Below, in pieces: positions 55,735 through 64,000 of a DNA stretch of 64,000 nucleotides. The DNA is from Diplonema japonicum. Lineage: Eukaryota; Protista; Euglenozoa: Diplonemea. Below the pieces are notes generated by a model. It did no database searches and was not told the DNA's origin. It saw only the letters and a program-made list of their open reading frames with translations. The translations under genes and the position numbers were made by a program. The stretch lies in the NCBI GenBank assembly GCA_964019335.1, contig OZ025699.1:464226-528225 (forward strand), written 5' to 3'. How positions within the stretch are numbered: position 1 is the stretch's first letter; every line of letters starts with the position of its first letter.

Positions 55735-56110
55735 GGGGGACAAACGCTAAGTGAACGTTTGTTTCTGAAAACAAGTTCACAAAAGCCTGCGTAGTGTGGA
55801 CATTGTAGTCATCAAGGATGAGTAAGATGGGCTCGGTGGGTGCTCAGCCCGATGACTCGATGAGGTTGTAGCAAAGGGGAGAAACAAATCTTTTACCCAG
55901 AGCCGAAGCGTTTCCTGGGTGGCCCAGTGAGATTTCGAAGCTGTTAAACTCCAGCCTTTTGGGGGGTGTGCAACATGAGGGACGGACCCGGGGTATTTCC
56001 TGCCGCGAGCTGGTTCTGTTTTTCCCGTGTAAATTAACTGCGGGTGCAGTTTGCCACCAGACAGGGAAACGCAAAACTGTCCGGTGACGGCGCGCTTGTC
56101 CCAAATCCCT
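55735..56110 (-). pseudogene. DDE_1 (pogo/Tigger-like) transposase fragment
   Basis: DKRAVTGQFCVSLSGGKLHPQLIYTGKT...SKSHWATQET..., then after a frameshift ILLILDDYNVHTT...VHLAFVP. Confidence 0.8.
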
Positions 56111-57778
56111 AACCTTGACAACCTTGGGACCCCTTTTCGTCTTCTTCCCAGTGGCAGCAGCTGGCCCATGTTCCAGGTCAACCGGCCTGATCCCTGTGAA
56201 CCTCCTCGCTGCTTGGGTGTCTTTGGGGCTGCTAGACTTCCCTATTGTTGGGCGGCGGCTTGTGATGCCATGCTTGGAGCACAGCTGGTTGGCCCTCTAC
56301 AGACACTAGTTTCATCTGTTTTCGGGTCCAGCCCTTTAAAGCTCCCTTGAAGCTCACGCCATTTTTTACAGAATAGTTTATTTTTTGCCATTTCTTTAAA
56401 AACTCTTGCCACAGAGCATTGAGTTGTTTCAGCAGACATTTCTTGGGACAGGGTAGGTGGCCGTGTCAAAGAAAAATGCCCCGGATTTCACGTTATTTCA
56501 TGTTGTTCTTCTGTTGCTCTATTCTTTAAAAAAAAAAAAAAAAGAGTTTTAAAAATGCATAAGTTACATCACGAATGAAGAAGCAATGCGGATGGTTATT
56601 GCCTTGCATCCATTCACCCTTTATATACCTTTGTCCTTCCCTACGCCCTTAACCTCTGTTCCCCCCCCCCCCTTTTTTTAACAATGCTATTGTCGAGACT
56701 AAAACTAGTTGTTGGCAGCGTAATGAGCTATTTTATTAGGTAAAATCCCGCTCGTGCGCACAAACAAATGAAGCGCCAAACTAGTTTTTTTTTTATCAAG
56801 CGCACTGAGAAGCTCTCCTCCCTTTTTTTTTTTACCCGAGCATTTTTAGCTTTTTGAGACGGGACTGCGGAATTAAAAATTGTAAAAATATGTTGTTTCG
56901 ATGCTCAAAGGGTCGATTTTTCCGGGAGACGAAGAGGGGCATAATGCTGCTCCATTGTCATCAATTGAAAACCCGATTGTAATATTAACCATTTGCCAAG
57001 GCCATGCCTTTCTCAACTAGTTTTTAGTCTCGACAATAATATTGTTAAAAAAAAAGAAAAAAAAATGATTTTATAATTATATGCAACTTGTGCCGAGCAA
57101 AAAGAAGCTTCCGCAGCTTTTTAAAACCCCCCTTTTTTTTCGCTCGTGCGAACAGCAAAGGCGTATAGTCATAAAGAATTATTTTCTTCTTTTTTTCTTT
57201 TTCCTCTCTCTCTGTCTCTCTCCCTTTCCTTTTCTCAAGAAATCTATCCGGATTTCAGGGGAATCTCTCGCCCTCCGAGCCCTTTCCAGGTTTCGGAGTT
57301 AAGAAAAGATAATATCTAGATCTAATGCCAACAAGTACTGACTTTAACACCACTGCAGGCCCTCGGCGGAACTGAGAATGGCGGTTAAAGCAATACTTGG
57401 AAGCATAAGGTTATATGCTGAGCTTGCATACAAACTTTTTTCCCGTAGAAGGGTACCTGTAACCTCTTGTCGCATGAAAAAATATTTTTATTTTTATTTT
57501 TATTTTAAATGTCCCCCTCCCCGGTCGTGAGGCCTATGGGTGTGGCACGCCATGTCTGAAACGTTTAGCTCCCTTGAAGCTCACACCAGTGTGCGAGTTT
57601 AGCCCATTTTTTGGCACGTTGGCGATGGCTGTGGTGGTCGTTGCAAGAGCGCCTATAGGTAGTGTTGGACGATTCAGTTAACAGAATAGTTTATTTTTTT
57701 TTTATTTAATATATTCCCCCCCCCCCCCCCCACCCCCCTATTAAACAAACAGCCAATTCTTTTTTTAAAAAAAAAAAA

Positions 57779-58678
57779 ATGGGCCCTGACTCAGAAATGC
57801 CCCCCAGGAAGCTTGTAATGTTTTTCTTGAACGGGTTCGTTGACGAGATGCACACAGGTGGTGTGGGGGAGTACTTCGATCACTGGATGCACGACGATGT
57901 TACATGGGTCAGCTCACCGGAGCTCGGCTTGGGTTTCAACGCGAAGGGGAAGGAAGAGGCCTGCGAGGTTTACAACTCCGTCTTGTCAAAGGTGTTTGGA
58001 GGTGCTGATCAACGCGTTGAATTCGAACTGTGCGAGTTCGCCCAGTGCGCGGCCGACGAAGTACGGGTAGACTTCGTTATCACCGTGGAAGGAATGCAGT
58101 TCCCCCGCAGATGGTTTGTAAAGGTAAAAGACAACAAAATATTCTCGATCTTCGCAAAATCAAACAATGAAAGCGAGGCCGCTTCGTCATCAACCGAACC
58201 AGAAAGCATCGAAGAAGAACCTATCACCCTTCAAGGCATCACCATCCCGCCCCTCCCCACACCATCTACCTCTAAGCCCTGCGAACACAACCAGTGGGAT
58301 TCCGTCCGTGTAAAAAGAAACCAAGCACTTCTCCGATGCCGGGAGTGTTCTGCGCAATGGAAACTTGAAGCAACCGCAATGAGCAAGTGCACCAATTTCT
58401 CAAACGGTTCTTGCACCAAGGGAACTTCCTGCACAGATTTGCACATTCACACGAGGAAGCAGACGAAGGCACAGAGACAGGCTGCATTGATAGCCAACGA
58501 ACTTGCTAAAAAGCTCAAGGCTAGGGAGTCTGAAAGAGATCAGGAGACTGCAGGAGCGTCTGAAGCATCTGTGCCTCCTTCTTTCGCAGACGACTCGGGT
58601 GTGGGGGATGACGCGAGCATTGACGAAATGCTTGCCCGAGATATAGCAGCTAGCAGTGCTAATGAAGCCGTCCCGTGA
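57779..58678 (+). CDS. NTF2/SnoaL-like domain + Cys zinc ribbon + CCCH zinc-finger protein
   Basis: N-terminal DDVTW...GKEE...(beta-rich)...KI resembles SnoaL; CEHNQWDSVR...LRCRECSAQW; CTNFSNGSCTKGTSCTDLH (C-x7-C-x5-C-x3-H). Confidence 0.7.
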   Translation: MGPDSEMPPRKLVMFFLNGFVDEMHTGGVGEYFDHWMHDDVTWVSSPELGLGFNAKGKEEACEVYNSVLSKVFGGADQRVEFELCEFAQCAADEVRVDFVITVEGMQFPRRWFVKVKDNKIFSIFAKSNNESEAASSSTEPESIEEEPITLQGITIPPLPTPSTSKPCEHNQWDSVRVKRNQALLRCRECSAQWKLEATAMSKCTNFSNGSCTKGTSCTDLHIHTRKQTKAQRQAALIANELAKKLKARESERDQETAGASEASVPPSFADDSGVGDDASIDEMLARDIAASSANEAVP

Positions 58679-59579
58679 GGAGGTGAAGCGAACGTTTTCC
58701 TTTTTTCTTTTTTTGGGTGGTGGGGATAACATGGAAATATAAGAAGTACATCAGATGTGTTGTTCGCTGTTGACCTCCTCGTCGGTCATCACCGGTAGCG
58801 CCCGAGTGGAAGAACGTAACGCAGATGCTCAGGGTGACGAACAAGCAGCAAACTGCACGAGCGCAGAATCTTGGTTACCCGGGACGCCCCGGCTAGGGTT
58901 GAGTACACCGCATGCATTAAGGACACGACGCGGAACGCAGAAGAAGCTATTGCTCGGCCGTGGAGCGCCCCCTGTAATCAAGTAGGTATTTCGTGCTTCG
59001 TTGCACGCTTAACGCCACCTAGTGTTGCAATCAAAGCCCCATTTTTTTTCTTTTTTTTTTTTTTCCCTCCAAATTAAAAAAACTTTAAATTCGTTTCTTT
59101 CTTTCTTGTCTTGTGTTTACATGACGGTTATGATGCCTCCCTCCCCCTCCCCCCCGCTTTGCGGTGTTTTCCCCCCCTTTTGCGGTTCTGCGGGAGAGAG
59201 GCGAGAATAAGGCAAAACCCTTTGGCATATGCTACTGCACGTCGGGCCAGGCACGCCAGGTCTCGGTGCCCTTTGACCATTAACACCTGCACTTTATGGT
59301 ACACGGTTAGAGCCAGGTGGCTGTGGTGGTCGGCGCAGTTGCACCTTTGCGTTAGAAAAAAAAAAAAAAAAAAGAAAAAGAAAGAGAGAAACACACACAC
59401 ACACAGTCTGAGATAAATGTGTATTTTCGGGGGTCTGTCTGTAAACTTTTCTAGTTTTTGAAAATCTCAGCAGAGATCTGATTTTTTTTGGGGGGGGGGG
59501 GGGGGGGGCAAATTCACTTAATACCCAAAACTGGTTTCTTGGGGTCCAGGGGCCCATCTACTAAATATCACTGAAAATA

Positions 59580-59613
<34 letters not shown>

Positions 59614-59985
59614 TCTGCCTCAAGTGAAATGTCTTACTTTGGGCTCTTTTCCTACAAGTACCCCTCAAGTAAAAATCTGGCTGATTTTTATTTAGTACCG
59701 GATTTGTACTTATATTGTTATGTGAAAAGTCCCAAATTGGGCAAAAAATTCGAAAAAGGTACATAATATTTACAGAACACCATTAAGACAGAACATAAAA
59801 ATTACAAAAATAAAAGAAATCCCAGAAAATTCCGCTCGTGCGCACAAACAAATGGAGCGCCAAACTAGTTTTTTTTTTTTATTCAGGGTAGGGTTGGATT
59901 TTTTTAAATGATTATTTATGTTGGAACTGCTTTGGTAAATAAGTAGGAAAACGTGACTTTGATTTTAGTGGGGCCTGTCCTAGGG

Positions 59986-60184
59986 CTATGCTGGCATGGA
60001 AACGCGTTTCCATGCATTTTTTGAAAAAAAGGGAAACGGAAACGGATACGGAAACGGGAACGGAAACGGAAACGTTTCCTTATGTTTCCTTAAGAAGGAA
60101 GCCGTTTCCATAAGAATTTTGAAAAGTATGGAAACGGAAACGGGAACGGAAACGGAAACGTTTCCACGTTTCCTGCCAGCATAG
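59986..60184. mobile_element. hAT-type MITE with 8-bp TSD TCCTAGGG and internal (GGAAAC)n repeats
   Basis: TIRs CTATGCTGGCA.GGAAACG / CGTTTCCTGCCAGCATAG; TCCTAGGG at 59978-59985 and 60185-60192. A degenerate left end is at ~33770-33794. Confidence 0.85.
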
Positions 60185-60631
60185 TCCTAGGGGGGGGGGG
60201 GGGGGGGGGGGGATTAGGCCAAAAATAATAAAAATAATCTGAATAAATTTCGATGTAATTTTTTCATTTTGAGGTTTTTACCCCTGAAAACCCGATAAAT
60301 TATAGGGGGTGAATTTTCTTGTCCCACATATTATAGCGGGGCGTTTTGATGCATTTATAAGGGTTTCTTCTTCTTTTTTTTTTTAAACATTTTCTTGCTA
60401 AAGTAGAACAATAAAAAATCTAGATGAGAATATGTCCATCCTTTGTGTTTCCCCTCCTCTCACGCATGACCCACCCGGTTGCTGACAGACGTGGTCTCGT
60501 TTGTTTTCTTTCCTCTCCACCCAGCCTAAAGAGTGCCAGATAGACTACGGTTTGTTTAGGTAGGGTGCCTGTCCTTTCCTTCTTTTTTTTTTTTTTTTTT
60601 TTTTAAACATTTTCTTGCTAAATATATTTAT

Positions 60632-61595
60632 GAGCTCGTCCGGAAAAGAATGTCAACAAATGACCCTCTTTTGCAACGGAAACCCCTCGGAAAATTTCTA
60701 AGTACAAAAGTAGTCCGACACCACTTTGTGTCCAGAATTGCGGTCTAAGTGTAGGTCACAATGCGCGCCGTTTGTTTCATTTCTAAAACGCGCGTGCAAA
60801 AAGATGCTTTTTAGAATGGTTTTTTTTTAGTTTTTGGCATCCGGAAATTGTAAATGACGCTTCATATTCCTTTTTTGTTTTCTTCAATGAAAAGCGAGAA
60901 CAAATGGACGCAGATGGGAAATCTGTGAAACTTAAGGGGTCATTTTGGGTGGTTTGGACTCTTTATCACTATTAAAATGGGGTGGGGAAAATACTGCCAT
61001 TTTGGCCTATTTTAGGCTACAATGCCCATTATAGGCTAAAATCCCTTAAGGGCCCTTTAAAAGCAAACTTCTCAATTTTTAATTTGTCATGACAAACCTC
61101 AGATGGGTAGAGAATGCATATTTGGCCCCAAAGATACCGGATGTCGAGCAGGCAAGTGTTAAGAATTGGGTTTTCAGGAAAATGGGCCTTTTAGGCCAAT
61201 TCCCTTAGGAACCCCTCGAAAAAGCAAAAAATAGGGCTAAAAAAACCGGTTTTTTTGGGGGCTATGCAACGCCATATATTTTTCGCTAAGTACTTTTAAC
61301 AGTAACCCGACCCTGGGTTGTACCCAGGGGTCACAAAGGTGTGTTCACTTTTAAACTGCATTTTAAACATTTTTCGTCGTTTTTCTGACCTCTGTTTTTC
61401 GCTTCCCGGGGGCAGCCGGTTGCAAAGCCTGCCACCCTCATGGCAAAACAAGCTTCGCAATTGAAAGAACGGCAACAGGTACACCATATATGTCATCCTA
61501 TGGTTGCATGCTGCCCTTTTTTTGCTCAAATAATCAAAACAAGAAAATTTAGGAGGTGCCCAAAAAAATGTTGACATTTTCTTTCGGACGAGCTC
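60632..61595. mobile_element. Non-autonomous TIR DNA transposon (GAG...CTC termini, AT flanks)
   Basis: GAGCTCGTCCGGAAAAGAATGTCAACA versus TGTTGACATTTTCTTTCGGACGAGCTC. Confidence 0.75.
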
Positions 61596-61601
61596 ATATA
61601 T

Positions 61602-63089
61602 GGTCACCTCTCCGCTATTTGTCAATGCTTTTTTCGAAAAATGCGAAAAAACGCTTTTTTTAAATTTTCACAAAAAAAGGGGCAGCATGCAACCACAGGA
61701 AGTATGAAAGAAACGTGTAAATAGTCCCGAAAACTCCGTTAAAGGGCTTGCTTTTGAGAAAAAAAAAATACAATGTGGAGGGATGAAACATAAAAATGAA
61801 CCGAAATTCGGCTTGTCACGAAAACGGGGAAAATGCAGCAAATCCCGATTTATTCACCCAGAAACGCGCAGCATTTAACCATAGATCTCTTGTTCAAAAT
61901 TTTAGGGTCCCACTGGAAGGTGCTTTTGTTTCTGTACGATCTTCGGTGGGCACTAGTGAGCCAATTTGTGTGCGTTTTTTTGGCCCGTTTTTGGCCCTCC
62001 TGATTCAGGCAATAAAATCAGATTTTCTACACAGCGACACTTCTAAGTTCTTCAGAGTGCTCTTTTGGCCCAGCAAACACCATGAGGTACTTGTGGGGTG
62101 CTGTTGGGACTCTTGCAGCGGCTTTTCGGCATCTACTGCAAAGAGCCGGATGAATTCGGTGGGAGAAACGGTGGTTCAGAACCCGAAGGACAACAGCGAC
62201 ACGCGTTTGTGTTACAGAACACGAGAGTCCCCTGCAGGGAAAACGCGTTCTGATGCATTGTCGGCAGGCATAGCCTGCACTATTGTGACTTGGTGGCAAA
62301 ATGAATCGATTCTGCATCAAAGTCGCAGAACAATTCGTGTTTCTCCCGGGAGTGATCAACGCATTGGGCTGCGATACGCCCAAGGCACTTTTCATGAGTT
62401 CCACGTACAGTACCTGGGCTCGGGTGCTGATGTAGTTGGCTACTCCACTGAAGAAATGCCCGAGACAAATCAGGCCAAATTTCCCAATGGAAAAATTCCA
62501 AAAAATGGCCTACTGGGACACCAGGTGGCCCCAGAAAAAAAAAAAAATAAAGTCTGTTTTTTGGGGTGCCAAGAGTGTGTGGGTCTCCAGAAAACTTTTT
62601 GGTACCCAGGTCCCCAGGTCCCAGGGACCTTGCCAGTTCCCACAGACACCGAGGTGCTGATGCAAGACCCACACCCAAACCCGATACTTCTTAGAAGCCC
62701 ACAACGCCGCTATGCGCCGTATCGGCTGCACCGATTGCTCTGAAGTCACTACCCTTGAAGGGCTTCACAACTTCACAGTGTGTGACCCCAACAGCTTCGA
62801 CTGCATGGCCTGAAGGAAGGTGGATAACAAGGTACCGGTTCTCGTGGCGTATGAACACAGTTTGCACAACTTTGACATGGAATTAAAGGGAAAAGTAGTG
62901 TAAATCCTGCTTAATTTTCGCTGGGTTTAAAGAAAGTAAAAAAGAAAATGACAGCACCTAGCCATGATTTTCTTATTCAAAATTTTATTCCACTTCTGGA
63001 GCAAATCCAGGCATGGCTTTTGATTTTTACACTTAAAGAAATATGAAATTTGCGGGCAGTACTTTGTGACAAATAGCGGAGAGGTGACC
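61602..63089. mobile_element. TIR DNA transposon remnant (GG...CC termini, ATAT flanks)
   Basis: Perfect TIR GGTCACCTCTCCGCTATTTGTCA / TGACAAATAGCGGAGAGGTGACC; the internal ORF 61796-62743 is unassigned. Confidence 0.8.
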
Positions 63090-64000
63090 ATATATTTATA
63101 TATATATATATTTTTTTTTTAAACGCTGCTGAAAGGGGATAGACGCAGGTAGAAGATGAAAACAATGGGGCGTCACAATGACCCCTTTAAATATACTGTA
63201 AACCAATAAATTACCGGGGGGTAAAAACTTCAGGCACGTCTGAGCTTCAGGTAATTCTTTCTTTTTTTTCAAGCACCGGGTTGCGTTGTAGTCATCTACT
63301 ATGGGCTCCCACGACAACTCCTTCAGGGTTGTCACAGAAGGGGAGGAGGAACAGTTTCTTTGAACCCAGAGCCTGAGCGTGTCTTGGGCGGCCCTCGGTG
63401 ATTTCTTCGAAATAATTGTTTTACAGTATATTTTTTTTTTTTGAGCTCCCCCCCCCCCCGTGTCGGGTACAGAATGGTACTTCTTAAATACCGGTTACGT
63501 CATGCATAGTGAAAAAAAAAAAAAAAAAAAAAAAGAAAAGAAAAAAAAAAAAAACACAACATTTCCGAACATAGCTGTTATAAAGTTAAAGGGCGTGTTG
63601 CCACGAGGTGCGATTTTTCACTCTTGTTTCTTTCCACTACCTGAGGGGCTCATGGTCCAAACCCGCAAAGCCGCACTACTTGCAAACCTGACAACAGCAG
63701 TGCGGCAACGCAGTAGGTGAACAGGAGGGTTTTTTTTCCTTCCCCCCACCCCCCCCCCCCCCCCCCCCCCCGTTGTTTGTACACATCGCTGCTGAATAGG
63801 AACCACGACCCTGAGGCACTACCACGACAGAAGGGATCAAACACTAGATGAGTTGATTGTCGTAAGGCGATCCTGTCACATACTGCAGGTACCCTTCAAG
63901 GGGGGGGGGGGGGTACAGCTCTGCAATAGTTCTTCCAAATTCCTTCAACAAAGGGTATCCTCAGTTGGTGCTGTAACGGCACCACCCTCCCCCTTTTTTT

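Noticed and set aside
61796-62743. 315-aa ORF as a host gene or intact transposase
   Set aside because: No recognisable motifs; it lies within a TIR remnant and crosses an A-tract.
1-64000. Bacterial origin of the contig
   Set aside because: Spliceosomal introns, SL, tRNAs lacking a consistently encoded CCA with Pol III terminators, LINEs and homopolymer spacers all indicate a eukaryote.

Overview
This is eukaryotic nuclear DNA, most likely from a diplonemid (Euglenozoa): a 39-nt diplonemid-type spliced-leader (SL) sequence sits at 22034-22072, GC-rich genes are separated by long poly-A/poly-T tracts, and GT-AG introns are present. Seven host protein genes, all on the + strand: a giant bacterial-type RTX/Ca-binding repeat protein (5' end outside the window), an ankyrin-repeat protein, an ABCA transporter, a CesT/YbjN-like-U-box fusion, a 5-exon globin-PH-AGC kinase, a cyclase-like/CNG-channel fusion and an NTF2-like/zinc-finger protein. 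Two non-LTR retrotransposon systems stand out. (1) An ingi/I-group-like family (APE remnant-RT-RNase H-CCHC) has its poly(A) end 7-11 nt upstream of all three tRNA genes (Ile-AAT, Gly-GCC, Ala-CGC), co-oriented with them. The target-site duplication ends exactly at tRNA position -1 in the two cases where both copies are visible, and a head-to-tail stack of serial insertions lies in front of tRNA-Ile. (2) A LINE with a pseudo-OTU ORF1 and a 2A-like peptide starts with a full SL copy and is flanked by T-tracts rather than ending in poly(A). The last ~10 kb holds MITEs and DNA-transposon remnants. All family assignments come from motifs read by eye; no searches were run.
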